Below, piece by piece: positions 8,217-18,923 of a stretch of DNA of 64,000 nucleotides. Below the pieces are notes generated by a model. That model saw only the letters and a list, made by a program, of their open reading frames with translations, did no database searches and was not told the DNA's origin. The stretch comes from a virus. Its lineage: Duplodnaviria; Caudoviricetes. The first letter of the stretch is position 1, and each line of letters starts with the position of its first letter. Made by a program: the position numbers and the translations under genes. The stretch spans positions 35,849-99,848 of the IMG/VR virus record IMGVR_UViG_2974730439_000001; one strand, 5' to 3'.

Positions 8217-8699
8217 ATGAAAGCATTTGAGTATTTACAAAAAAATATTAAGAAAGAATATTCTTTCTATCCTGGTACAATTATATCTTTAACTACTAAA
8301 GATGCAATTACTCCATTTAGACTTAACGAAAAGGAGTATTGTACTGGAAGAACTAAGATAGGTAATCAGTATTATAATTTCCTAAAAGATGAATCTAGTG
8401 ATGGTGCAATCTTTAGTGGATTACCTGATAATATCTATAAAAGAATAGAATATCCTATACTTAATACAATAGCACAAAGAATCCAAGACAAGATTATGGT
8501 ATTTGCTGTTAGTCATGCAGAGATGCAACAAACTAAAACTGAGTTAGTTCAGTTAAGAATAGCAAATAGTATGATTATGAATCTCAAATGTCTTAGTTCA
8601 GATGATAGAATTCTCTGGGCTAATTGGATAAAAGAACTTTACTGGGAGAGAAAAAAGATACTACACAGATGGTATCTAGAATATGTTTTACCATTTTAA
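8217..8699 (+). CDS. hypothetical protein
   Basis: ORF track. Confidence 0.8.
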   Translation: MKAFEYLQKNIKKEYSFYPGTIISLTTKDAITPFRLNEKEYCTGRTKIGNQYYNFLKDESSDGAIFSGLPDNIYKRIEYPILNTIAQRIQDKIMVFAVSHAEMQQTKTELVQLRIANSMIMNLKCLSSDDRILWANWIKELYWERKKILHRWYLEYVLPF

Positions 8700-8758
8700 T
8701 TACTGAATAAGGATTAAAGTCATTGGGTTGGCTTTAGTCCACTAAAATCTAGCGAACT

Positions 8759-9307
8759 ATGAAAGAAGAAGAAAAGCTTCTTGTAGAGCAAGCTAGAGAT
8801 GGTTCCGAAAGAGCTTTTAGTACACTTTATAATACTTATAAAAAGACTGTTTGGTATACTGCTTTTAAAGTAGTAAACAACGCAGATGCAGCAGATGATA
8901 TAACATCCCAAGTATTTACTAAAGTATATTTAAAGCTTAAATCTTATACACATCACTTATCATTTGAGATGTGGTTAAAGACTATTACAGTTAATACTGC
9001 AATAGATTATATAAGAAGGAACAAAAAAGAGCAATTGAATAACTATATTGATGAAGAAGATTCTACAATTCAATTAAATGGATTAGAGCATAGTCCAGAA
9101 GATAATCTTATATTTCAGCAAAATATAAATATTGTTATGGATTGTATTCCTCGTCTTAAGAAGAAATATAGAGATTTAATTTATGCTCGGTTGGATGGAA
9201 AATCCTACCAACAAATTTCAGAAGAGCTTGCTATTCCAGAAGCGACTGTAAAGACGTGTTTGAATAAAGCAAGACAAAGACTGAGAGAGATGTTTAACAA
9301 ATATTAA
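8759..9307 (+). CDS. ECF-type RNA polymerase sigma-70 factor
   Basis: Region 2 (AADDITSQVFTKVY...FEMWLKTITVNTAIDYIRR) and region 4 HTH (SYQQISEELAIPEATVKTCLNKARQRLRE). Confidence 0.92.
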   Translation: MKEEEKLLVEQARDGSERAFSTLYNTYKKTVWYTAFKVVNNADAADDITSQVFTKVYLKLKSYTHHLSFEMWLKTITVNTAIDYIRRNKKEQLNNYIDEEDSTIQLNGLEHSPEDNLIFQQNINIVMDCIPRLKKKYRDLIYARLDGKSYQQISEELAIPEATVKTCLNKARQRLREMFNKY

Positions 9308-9323
9308 CCAATACTTACAAATT

Positions 9324-9689
9324 ATGGCAAATTCATTTGGTCTACTGTGTCTTGCAGTAGTAATTGGATTCATTGCTTCTATAGTAATGAAGGATGCCAA
9401 AGCTTTCGGCAAATTGATGGCCATCATGCTGATAAGCTTACTTGTAGGTGCAGGAGTAAAGGAGTTAGTAGACATTACTAATGATGATATTACTTCTGAG
9501 AAAACTGCAGTAGTTTCTACAGAATCTACTCCCATGCACAGTAGTATTTCTCCTTTTGTATTGGAGGATACTGTTGCTATTCCAGATTGTGCAAGTAAGG
9601 AAATAGTAGAGCGTGACAGTGTAGAAATTGAAGCAGAAGGAGTACCTACAAAACAGAGAGTGAAAAGTAGTTATATAGATGATTCATGA
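9324..9689 (+). CDS. two-TM membrane protein directly after the sigma factor
   Basis: Two hydrophobic helices followed by an acidic tail. Confidence 0.75.
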   Translation: MANSFGLLCLAVVIGFIASIVMKDAKAFGKLMAIMLISLLVGAGVKELVDITNDDITSEKTAVVSTESTPMHSSISPFVLEDTVAIPDCASKEIVERDSVEIEAEGVPTKQRVKSSYIDDS

Positions 9690-9771
9690 GAGTATATTAC
9701 TCTCAATATTATTTATATATATCTACAAGTATTTAATCTAATTTACGCGTAAGGAGCGCATCATTATCAAA

Positions 9772-11154
9772 ATGGCAAAGAATAATAAGAATGCAATTAA
9801 AACTGCAAAGAAACAAACTAAGACTGTAGAGGAAAAAGTAAAGACTCAAGCAGCAGAAGCTGCAGTTGAAGCGCCAAAAGCAGAAGAAACTAAGGTTGAA
9901 GAAACCAAAGTTGAAGAACCTACTCCTGCTCCTGTAGAAGAGAAAAAGGAAGAAATTGCTAGTCCAAATGGAGAAGTAATTAATCCAGAAGTAGTCGAAG
10001 AGGCCAAGGTTGAAAAGCCTAAACCTGCTACTCAGGTAGTAAATACGTCAAAAGCAACATCTTTAGGTGCTGCACTTTCTTCAGCTGGAGGTTCTACAGA
10101 CCGTATTGACAAGAATCATGCAATTGACCTTGCAAAGATGGTATATCAGGAGTATGTAAATAATCCAGATACTCCTAGTAGCATTCGACAGACTGCTAAA
10201 AAGCAGTTTGATGTAATGACTGGAGTTGCTTTGCTTCAGTATTTTACTCAGCTAGAAGAAGACTTCGAGAATCTAGGAGTGCGCATTAAACCACATATGC
10301 GTGAACAAGCAGAAAATGTTCTTACAAACTATCTTGGAGTTAAAGTAAAGACTACTGCCCAGGATGATGGTCAGTTATTGCTTCAATTTGAAGAAATTCC
10401 AACTGAGACTCGTAAGACTGTTGCACAGGACAATAAGGCTAAAGAAAAACCTATACCAGAACCAAGTCCTGAACTTCCTGAGAAAGAGAAACTAGAAGCA
10501 TTACGAACAATTTTCGCTCAAACTAATAAGGGTGGAATTGGAGGTAATCTCTTGAGTGGTATTGAATGGGCACGTAAAGCATTCTCATTCGCTGCTGAAG
10601 AGAAGAAGTCTGTTATCTTTGCAAATATCCTTCACAAGGGTACTGAAGCTACTATGATTAACTGCTTACGTGGTATGGTTAATGGTAAGATGGGAGCTGA
10701 ACATAGTATTCTTGGAGCTCATGCATTATTGAAAGCTTGGTGTCCTACATTAAGTGAACAAGAAGTTGCAGAACTAACTGCAGTACTTATGTCTGCTGCT
10801 TCTAAGAAGAAAGTTGACGATTGGAATGAGAAAGCCAGTCCATCACAAGGAAAGCCGACTTATGACGGAGAACTTACAGTAGTAAATCGCCAGATTTTAG
10901 CAGCAAATGCAGGAAACGTAATTGATGCTATCTTAAAGGGTAACATTGAGGACGTTGCTGTAAAGGTTCCAGACAGTCAGCTTGACATGATTGTTCATCC
11001 AAATTCTATCCGTAAAACGCTTATAGCAGCATATGGAGATTCTGAAAATATCCTAAAGGATAAACTAAAAGAACTTGTTCAGTATTATGCTAAACCTATT
11101 ATGCGTTTGTCTTCATATGTAGACAAGTCAGCATATGCTGAAGCTAAGAAGTAA
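9772..11154 (+). CDS. hypothetical protein with E/K/P/A-rich N-terminus
   Basis: 460-aa ORF. Confidence 0.85.
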   Translation: MAKNNKNAIKTAKKQTKTVEEKVKTQAAEAAVEAPKAEETKVEETKVEEPTPAPVEEKKEEIASPNGEVINPEVVEEAKVEKPKPATQVVNTSKATSLGAALSSAGGSTDRIDKNHAIDLAKMVYQEYVNNPDTPSSIRQTAKKQFDVMTGVALLQYFTQLEEDFENLGVRIKPHMREQAENVLTNYLGVKVKTTAQDDGQLLLQFEEIPTETRKTVAQDNKAKEKPIPEPSPELPEKEKLEALRTIFAQTNKGGIGGNLLSGIEWARKAFSFAAEEKKSVIFANILHKGTEATMINCLRGMVNGKMGAEHSILGAHALLKAWCPTLSEQEVAELTAVLMSAASKKKVDDWNEKASPSQGKPTYDGELTVVNRQILAANAGNVIDAILKGNIEDVAVKVPDSQLDMIVHPNSIRKTLIAAYGDSENILKDKLKELVQYYAKPIMRLSSYVDKSAYAEAKK

Positions 11155-11159
11155 TCAAT

Positions 11160-11543
11160 ATGAAGCGTTTTAATATGTTAGTCACACTAGTAATGGTGTG
11201 CCTAGGAGGGTTTATAGGATTTGATCCTAATTCTCCGTCTCAAACTGCAAACGCTGAAGAAACTCGAATTCGTTGGGTAGACGTACCTAAAATGCCAGTA
11301 GACGTACTAGGCTTGAATGAAGAGAAATCTATCAACATTGACTTGCAGGAAAAGACTGTATTATTTAATGGAGACGTTGATAATACCACTGTGACAATTA
11401 AAACGGACGTTGAGACACGTCCAGAGTATATAACTAAGGTAGTAGAAAAGGTAGTATATCTGCCTGAAGATATTGCCTATAGAAGTAAATTTTTTAACCG
11501 TTTAAAACCGATTAATAAAGAACTACCAGTGAAGAATTGGTAA
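11160..11543 (+). CDS. hypothetical exported or membrane-anchored protein
   Basis: Signal-peptide-like N-terminus. Confidence 0.8.
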   Translation: MKRFNMLVTLVMVCLGGFIGFDPNSPSQTANAEETRIRWVDVPKMPVDVLGLNEEKSINIDLQEKTVLFNGDVDNTTVTIKTDVETRPEYITKVVEKVVYLPEDIAYRSKFFNRLKPINKELPVKNW

Positions 11544-13720
11544 CTGCCGAAGAGAAACGCAGACCGCTACTAGAACTATACAAGCGGTATATAAGAGCTA
11601 TAAGTATAAATATTCATTATTTGAGCCTAACTAAGCCGTGTAATGTGAGTAATACAGGATACTGAAATGTATTAAATAAAAGCTAACACTTTTATTTATA
11701 CTATAGTATGATAACTTGTTGTGTTATAAAATTACTCTATAACTGAAGAAGCAACAGGAAAATGGGAGAGCGTGCATAACCCATAAGCGAGAACCGTACT
11801 GGTGGCTAAAAGACGCAGGTGTGGAAGGAGCAGCTATCGCATCTAAACAAAGCAAGGGGTATCGTTTACCTCTATACACATTCGTTGACCAATATCACTG
11901 GTGAAATCACGAAGGAATGTGAACACGTGCTGTTTATACGTTGTCATCTTAACTGAGAATCGACTAGCATTCTAGGGTGTCTCCAAAACCCCCTTGGCCC
12001 ACTACTTAAGTGTGTACGAGCCTAAAGAATATTGCCTTAGTGTTCTATATTATATCTAAAGATCTTCTGTTGTATAGAAGTGTAAAATTCAATTGGGAAT
12101 CGGGAAAATCGATGGCAAGATTAGTACTTGGATATGGTATATATGAAGGAGGAGGATAATATAATAATGAGCAGAAATTAATTAAGACATGGCTGAGTGG
12201 CTATGATCCGTATAATATCTTTTTGTATGAGAGTTATATGACAGATTAACCAGATTGGGTGCAAAACCCTTACGCAATACAGTGAACGTTAGAGTTAGCT
12301 GTTTGGGAGAAATCCCTATGGAAAGTAAATTGCGTGTCTTACAGCTTAAGAGATTTCATAATATAGTTGCAATTACTATAGTGTTTAGAAATAAGCATAA
12401 TGAGGTTTAGGTTATTATATTATAAAGTGACTTGTTAGTAATGTCACTATAAAGCTTAGTGTGCTTTGCACCGAGTAATAAACTAACTAGCGCTTGAAGT
12501 CCGCGAAAAGACTATTAGTGGTTGAATATATGATCAATATAAGTATATTCATGGGAAACAAAGGAAGGTGGAACTGAGCCCACCCATAAAACTCAGACAA
12601 AGTAAGTGAGGTATCTTTAACCAAGATTCGCTAGAAATAATTAGGTAAGAGCTATGCACTCCAGCATAGAGCAGGATCTTACAATGCGTCTTAAGAGGCC
12701 GACACGAAGTAGAATGGAAGTAATCTACGTATTGCCTTGGTTAGTTAATGTTATATAAGATGTTATGTACTTTAGTAAGTCTAATCAATGAGTGCCTACG
12801 CTGAAACGAACAGCTAAAACAAATAAGGAGAGTGTAAACATGTTTAATTTTTAAAACAATAGGGAAGTTCAATGGTAGTACCTTGACAAAGTATGAGCCA
12901 CCCCGCTATTGAAGTAACTTGCTACATGAAATTCTGTAAACTAATGTGCGCAACACATTAGCTAAGGAGATCGCTGAGACGGCTGGTACGCTTCTCATTA
13001 GAGTGTACTAAAACGTTTGTTGAATGGTTGGAAATACCATGAGTAGAAAATAGTAACCTGAGATTTATCGCAATGTCAGAAGTGAAATGTCCAAAAGTGG
13101 GTGCTGCGAAACATCAGCAGCTTTTGTATTAGTAGTTTTAGTAACGTTTCTCAACAGAAACGACCCTCATTCGCCAAGTCTATTTTTAAGATAAGAATGT
13201 TGTAATAGCTTATATGCCCGTAGATAGTATCGTACTATTGATGATGGAGCTCTCTACATCTTTGCATCAAATCGCGTTGTAGAGTACGGCAAACAAAGGG
13301 AAACGGTAGGTGTTACGAGTCCCCTTTAAGTATAATCTCGAAACCCAAAATTGCCAATATTAACAGATATTAGCAGAAAATATTATATTTTAGAGGAGTA
13401 GGAATAAATAAGTGAAGAACGGCTGACTTATCTGTCTAATAAGTAAAGTCCTACGGGGAATGCCGAGTAGTGAAATATCACTACGTTCTAGTAATGAGTT
13501 TTATTATACTTTGACTTATTTTACAGTATTAACAAATTTTATCAGAATTTTAACTAACGTTGTATTACCATATGCATCATTGAGATTGATTAACCTCATT
13601 CAAAGCTTTTTAAAGCGTATCCTTTAGGTACAGGATAAGGTTAGAATAAAAGGTAATACATTAATTTTTAATTTTATTTATTAACTGATTAATTTCTCGT
13701 TAAAGAAATCAATCTTAAAA
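11544..13720. ncRNA. 2.2-kb ORF-free, hairpin-rich block (candidate large structured RNA or RNA cluster)
   Basis: No ORF-track entry; many inverted repeats (see findings). Confidence 0.5.
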
Positions 13721-13739
13721 TCAAAAAGGAGAAATAAAT

Positions 13740-14306
13740 ATGAACGAAATGAATGCAGTGATCAATCCTGAATTGATCGGTAAAAACAGAGCTATTCTTG
13801 AATCTTGGAACTTAATTGGTAAAAAGATTTTCGTTGTTCGGCGGGAGCCAGCAGATCTTATGTTCAATGACCGTAAACGGGACGGCGATCCAACTTTGAC
13901 AATGAAACCAATCATGAAGTACATTATTGAAGGTACTAATATCTTCGGTGTGCGGTTAGTTCCACTTCCTGATAAGACTACTCTTGTAGTGGAGTTAAAC
14001 AACAATCCAACTCTGCAGTTTAAGATTGGACCTGCTAAATTCCGTGAAGTTACTATGGAAACTATCACAGAAGCAGTAGAAAACAATGAGAAGAATTCTT
14101 CTCTTGGACGGGAACCGATTTTGTTTGATGATTTGATCTCTCTTACTGAGCAGGTTAACAAGTTGAATGCTCTGGAGAAAGCAAAAGCTGAGGCTATTGC
14201 AGAAGATATGCTTAACCAGGCTAAGTTGTTAAGCGACCTTAATGACATTCATTTGACGGAGTGTGATAAGTATTATACTGAACTTGGCACTCCTATTACG
14301 AAATAA
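13740..14306 (+). CDS. hypothetical protein
   Basis: 188-aa ORF. Confidence 0.85.
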   Translation: MNEMNAVINPELIGKNRAILESWNLIGKKIFVVRREPADLMFNDRKRDGDPTLTMKPIMKYIIEGTNIFGVRLVPLPDKTTLVVELNNNPTLQFKIGPAKFREVTMETITEAVENNEKNSSLGREPILFDDLISLTEQVNKLNALEKAKAEAIAEDMLNQAKLLSDLNDIHLTECDKYYTELGTPITK

Positions 14307-14314
14307 TTTGAGCT

Positions 14315-14848
14315 ATGTCAAAAGTAAGACTAATCTCCAAATCTCGAGAAGACTTACTAAAGCTTTTATTAAAAGATAATCGTATTAGTAGCATTGTTCT
14401 TTTGAATAATGAGATTCCAGAATCAATTGTTATCAATGACGATGGGTCGGTAACATTTGGTAGAACACCAAAACATTGGTGGAATAAAATTTTTCGAGAT
14501 TACACAACCCTGTCCTTTACAGATTTGTGTTTTAAAATGCTTAATGCATTTTCACGGTATTTACCAAAAGATAGTAATTTACCACGAATTCTGACAGAAG
14601 AAATCATTACTAATGCTATTAATAAGCAACAGTATGATTTTGTTATTGATCGATTTGTTATGTATGCTTTTCTAGGTGTAACAGAAGGTGACTACAAATT
14701 GAGTATCCTACAGCTGATAGATGAGAACCCGCAGCAACAGCAAAAAAATGATTGTGGTCGAAAAAAACGTTTCCGGGGTGAAGGTATTGCATATCTTGAT
14801 CTTGGAGGAGGACAAATTCCAATTGGAGTACGTCTAGAAGAAGATTAA
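14315..14848 (+). CDS. hypothetical protein
   Basis: 177-aa ORF. Confidence 0.8.
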   Translation: MSKVRLISKSREDLLKLLLKDNRISSIVLLNNEIPESIVINDDGSVTFGRTPKHWWNKIFRDYTTLSFTDLCFKMLNAFSRYLPKDSNLPRILTEEIITNAINKQQYDFVIDRFVMYAFLGVTEGDYKLSILQLIDENPQQQQKNDCGRKKRFRGEGIAYLDLGGGQIPIGVRLEED

Positions 14849-15055
14849 TTATTCATGAATAAGTATTAGCAGATGGACGCTTATTCATACTTTGGATTGA
14901 ATAGATTTGTTTAATAAAGTAGTACAAAGTATAACTGAGTTAGTAGATTAGATGTAAATATCTACTTACTATAGTTATATAGAGAATGAAAACGTTAAAC
15001 ATTTATATATAAAACCGTAGAGCCCAAGACGATGGGTCGGGTATCTTGGTTTTAT

Positions 15056-15141
15056 GGCCTTGTGGCGAAATTGGTAAACGCGTCGGACTTAAAATCCGAT
15101 GATCAGAAATGGTCTTGAGGGTTCGATTCCCTCCTTGGCTA
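15056..15141 (+). tRNA. tRNA-Leu(TAA), acceptor stem with two T-T mismatches
   Basis: Anticodon arm TCGGA-CTTAAAA-TCCGA, T-arm GAGGG-TTCGATT-CCCTC, acceptor GGCCTTG/CTTGGCT. Confidence 0.8.
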
Positions 15142-15208
15142 CACAGGTAAGCGATTTCTAATATACGATATTTAAATCAAGTATTAACTAAAATAATATC
15201 AACTATAT

Positions 15209-15730
15209 ATGAAATCAATTACAAAAACTATTAAGCCGAACATGTTAATCGATAAGCGTGATAAATTAACTAATGAAATTTCTCGTTATTGGAAAATTAT
15301 AGCAACAGAAAATGTACTTAAAAAAGGTTTAACACGCAATTATGACCTAAAATCTCTATTAATTCATATTAGAGCAACATATGATGAATTAGTAATTGTT
15401 AAATTACGTATTCAGTGTGCAAATATGGGTATTAAGTTAAAGGATTTATCTAGTGATGCAAACATTATTAATATCTATAAACTATCTGCTTTAAATGAGT
15501 ATATGGTTAAGTTAGATGAAATGATGAAACATCATACAATTAATCCTGTACTTAAGGCTAAACGAGGGAAAAAAGGTTTAGCAGTAAATGAGGAACTTAC
15601 GTATAACTATTTACGTGCTAAGAAGAATGAATGTTCGTTACCATTAAATGAATTACGAAAGAAAATTGCAGAATTTAATGACAATACTGATTTGAATGAG
15701 GAAGAAACTCCTTTATTCTTAGCAGCATAA
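15209..15730 (+). CDS. hypothetical helical protein ending ...LFLAA
   Basis: 173-aa ORF. Confidence 0.85.
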   Translation: MKSITKTIKPNMLIDKRDKLTNEISRYWKIIATENVLKKGLTRNYDLKSLLIHIRATYDELVIVKLRIQCANMGIKLKDLSSDANIINIYKLSALNEYMVKLDEMMKHHTINPVLKAKRGKKGLAVNEELTYNYLRAKKNECSLPLNELRKKIAEFNDNTDLNEEETPLFLAA

Positions 15731-15876
15731 AAAATCATATTTTTTAAAATTTAAAAAAAAAATAATAAAGTAATCTTAAAGGGATAGATAAGTAACAATC
15801 GACGGTAATACGCCGAATGTGAGGTGTGTCGGAGGCATCTATTCCTTATTTTTTAATCTTTAAAAACAATAACATT

Positions 15877-16551
15877 ATGAATAAGACTGATCAACAGAAA
15901 AATAATAAGTATATCAATTACTGGACAGAAAATGGTAAATCTTCTAAAGAAATTAATAGAGCGATGAAGATTGCAATTACAACTACTTATAAGGATAGTA
16001 AAGGAAATTTACGTACTTGTACAACATACCGTCATCCTAAATTAAGTGATTTAACGTTTGAATCTTTACCAGCAAAAAGTTTTGCTCTTACAAAGGAGCA
16101 AAAAGAGGAAAGATTCAATAATGCTAAATATAGTGATAAACATGATAAGTTAGTATCTAACCTATATGGAAAGATAAATAATATCTTTAAGAAGCAAGCA
16201 GAAAAAGCAGCACATGAGGATAAAATTAACAATATTATGTTTAACAAAAAAGTACGTACTTTAGTAAGTAAGCAGAGAATTAAAGGTGAATATCCTAATT
16301 TGCTTATTATACAGAGAAAGAACAGTAAAGGTTTACCATATGATTTTAGTATAAATCCATCTCGTAAAACATTAGAAGAACTCCGTAAAGACGGAGAAGA
16401 GCTAAATGATACATTTAGTAAAACTATGCGAGATTATTGTGGTATCGAAATTTGGGAAAAGTCTCGATATGAACTAAAAGGAACCGATGTTCCAACGAAT
16501 TATCGTTATTGTATCTTTAAAAATAAAGAAACTATTAAAAGTGCAGCATAA
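15877..16551 (+). CDS. basic hypothetical protein ending ...IKSAA
   Basis: ORF-track frame 15826-16551; likely start MNKTDQQ at 15877. Confidence 0.8.
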   Translation: MNKTDQQKNNKYINYWTENGKSSKEINRAMKIAITTTYKDSKGNLRTCTTYRHPKLSDLTFESLPAKSFALTKEQKEERFNNAKYSDKHDKLVSNLYGKINNIFKKQAEKAAHEDKINNIMFNKKVRTLVSKQRIKGEYPNLLIIQRKNSKGLPYDFSINPSRKTLEELRKDGEELNDTFSKTMRDYCGIEIWEKSRYELKGTDVPTNYRYCIFKNKETIKSAA

Positions 16552-16775
16552 TGAGAAAAATTGATAAATTAGATGTTATACATATCAAAAAGAAAGCTGA
16601 TACGTATATTAAAAAGAACACTGAAATTAGAGAAGGACAAGCTCTGTTTTGCGCTTCTTATGATTTGTTCCCTAAATCAACAGATAAATTATCTGGAACA
16701 CCATGTGATTGTTTTTATGAAGATAGCAGAATACCTATCTTTTTAGAAGAATTACAAAAATTAGACGCTGAATAG
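16551..16775 (+). CDS. hypothetical protein
   Basis: REGQ...DCFY motif; TAATG overlap. Confidence 0.75.
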   Translation: MRKIDKLDVIHIKKKADTYIKKNTEIREGQALFCASYDLFPKSTDKLSGTPCDCFYEDSRIPIFLEELQKLDAE

Positions 16776-16782
16776 CGTCTTC

Positions 16783-16856
16783 GGTCCTATAGCTCAATTG
16801 GATAGAGCAACAGACTTCTAATCTGTAGGTTTTGCGTTCGAGTCGCAATAGGATCA
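16783..16856 (+). tRNA. tRNA-Arg(TCT)
   Basis: Acceptor GGTCCTA/TAGGATC, anticodon arm ACAGA-CTTCTAA-TCTGT, T-arm TTGCG-TTCGAGT-CGCAA. Confidence 0.92.
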
Positions 16857-16875
16857 CTAACTAAACTTTAATGAT

Positions 16876-18873
16876 ATGCAAATACGTGGAAAAGCGGTAT
16901 TTGTATTCGATATCGAAGTATTTCAAAACATCTTTCATTGTTCTGTAAAAGACACAGAAACAAATACTATTTATAAATTTGAAATATCAGAAAGAAAAAA
17001 TCAACTAAGAGAATTAGTTAAATTCTTTAAACAGGTAAATAAGTATATTACTTGGGGAGAATATTATACTACAACTAGACAAATAGAATCTAATATTATA
17101 TTCTGTGGTTATAATAATCTGCATTATGATAATCCAATAATCAATTATATAATTGAATATGAGGATACTTTAATGAATCACAATGTATTTACTATTTGTA
17201 GTTCTATATTCAACTTAAGTAAGACTATTACTACTTCTAAGGAAGATAATATAGATGCATGGAAGCATTGGAAATATCAAATATGGTTTGATACTTTTGA
17301 TATTCTTACTATGTTATATTCTAATAAACTTAGAGTAGGTTTAAAGGAAATCCAAGTAACAATGCAATATCCTAATGTACAGGAATTTGTATGTGATTGG
17401 ACTAAACCACTTCCTTTAGAAGATTTTGACTCTATGATAGATTATAATATCAATGATATTGAATCTACTTCAGAATTATTAAATAGATGTAAGAAAGATG
17501 TTGATTTACGTATAGCTATTGAAGATGAATACGGAGTAAGAGTACTTAGTAAAGATGGTGTAAATATTGGAATGAAGATTTTAACTCAGAAATATCTTGA
17601 AAAAACAGGTTTAACCTGGTGGGATATAGAAGGTTTAAGATCTCCAATGGATTATATTCCTTTAAAGGATGTGATATTGCCATTTATTAAATATGATAGC
17701 CCTATTCTAAATAGAGTACTAGAAGACATGAAAGATCAGATAGTATCTCCAGGTAGAAAAGGATATGAAAATAACTTTGTATTTGCAGGCTTACGTTATA
17801 CTATAGGAGTAGGAGGAATTCATTCTAAAAATGATCCTGAGATAATTATTCCTAAAGAAGATGAAATGCTTATAGACATCGATGTCGCATCTCTATACCC
17901 AAGTATGTTAATTGAATATGGGTTCTATCCTAAACATTTAGGACCTGAATTTCTAGAAGTATATTCTCAAATTAAAAATGAGAGAATAGAAGCAAAACAT
18001 AATGGAGATAAGGTAAAGAATGAGACATTAAAGTTAGCTCTAAATGGTTTATCAGGAAATCTACAAAATGAACATAACTTTTGTTATAGTCCTGAAGCTG
18101 TAATGAAAATCAGAATTAATGGACAGTTATTATTACTTATGTTAGCTGAAAAGCTAACGCAAGTAGGATGCCGAATCATCCAAGCTAATACAGATGGTTT
18201 ATTTGTATTACTTAAGAAAGATAACTATCAACAGGTTAACACTATTTGTAGAAATTGGGAACAACTTACTAAACTTACTCTTGAAGAAGAGCGTTTTGAA
18301 GCTATGTATCAATATGCTATTAATGATTATATAGCAGTTAAAGAAGGATACCAAAAAACTAAAAATCCTGATTTAATTAAAACAAAAGGAATGTTTATTA
18401 CTAAAGTATTATTAGGTAAAGGACTATCTGCAAAGATAATTCCTGAAGCTATAATAAAATACTTTGTAGATGGTATACCAGTTGAACAAACTATTAAGGA
18501 ATGTAAAGATATTAAAAAGTTTTTAATGTCTGAAAAAACTGGTAAACAATGGCATGTTGAATATATGAATGAGGAACAACAGAGAACTAATCGTTTCTAT
18601 GCATCTACCAATGGTGGATACTTATGGAAATGGAAAGATACTGGTCACAAAGAAGGTGAAATTATAACATACACTGAGCCATATGTAGGAGAACATAAAT
18701 ATAAGGCTTCTGCAAGACAGTATCAGAATATGCTAACAGCATCTGGCGTTACTCTTTTAAATAAATTTGATGATAAACCAATAGAAGAGCGTAAAATTAA
18801 TTATAGATATTATCTTAGAGAAGCTCTTAAGATAATTGAAGAATTACAACCAAGACAATTAGAACTGTTTTAA
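16876..18873 (+). CDS. family B DNA polymerase
   Basis: Exo I FDIE; motif A DVASLYPS; motif B KLALNGLSG; motif C NTDG. Confidence 0.93.
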   Translation: MQIRGKAVFVFDIEVFQNIFHCSVKDTETNTIYKFEISERKNQLRELVKFFKQVNKYITWGEYYTTTRQIESNIIFCGYNNLHYDNPIINYIIEYEDTLMNHNVFTICSSIFNLSKTITTSKEDNIDAWKHWKYQIWFDTFDILTMLYSNKLRVGLKEIQVTMQYPNVQEFVCDWTKPLPLEDFDSMIDYNINDIESTSELLNRCKKDVDLRIAIEDEYGVRVLSKDGVNIGMKILTQKYLEKTGLTWWDIEGLRSPMDYIPLKDVILPFIKYDSPILNRVLEDMKDQIVSPGRKGYENNFVFAGLRYTIGVGGIHSKNDPEIIIPKEDEMLIDIDVASLYPSMLIEYGFYPKHLGPEFLEVYSQIKNERIEAKHNGDKVKNETLKLALNGLSGNLQNEHNFCYSPEAVMKIRINGQLLLLMLAEKLTQVGCRIIQANTDGLFVLLKKDNYQQVNTICRNWEQLTKLTLEEERFEAMYQYAINDYIAVKEGYQKTKNPDLIKTKGMFITKVLLGKGLSAKIIPEAIIKYFVDGIPVEQTIKECKDIKKFLMSEKTGKQWHVEYMNEEQQRTNRFYASTNGGYLWKWKDTGHKEGEIITYTEPYVGEHKYKASARQYQNMLTASGVTLLNKFDDKPIEERKINYRYYLREALKIIEELQPRQLELF

Positions 18874-18923
18874 CAGAATCTAACATATCGTATCAAATTC
18901 TTATAAAATTGTCATAAACTTTA

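Noticed and set aside
11544-13720. CRISPR array, RNase P RNA or group I/II intron
   Set aside because: No regular repeat-spacer units, no complete RNase P or intron consensus recognised, and no interrupted gene flanking it.
16783-16856. Possible amber-suppressor tRNA (loop contains CTA)
   Set aside because: The 7-nt loop CTTCTAA centres on TCT (Arg); CTA is offset by one base.
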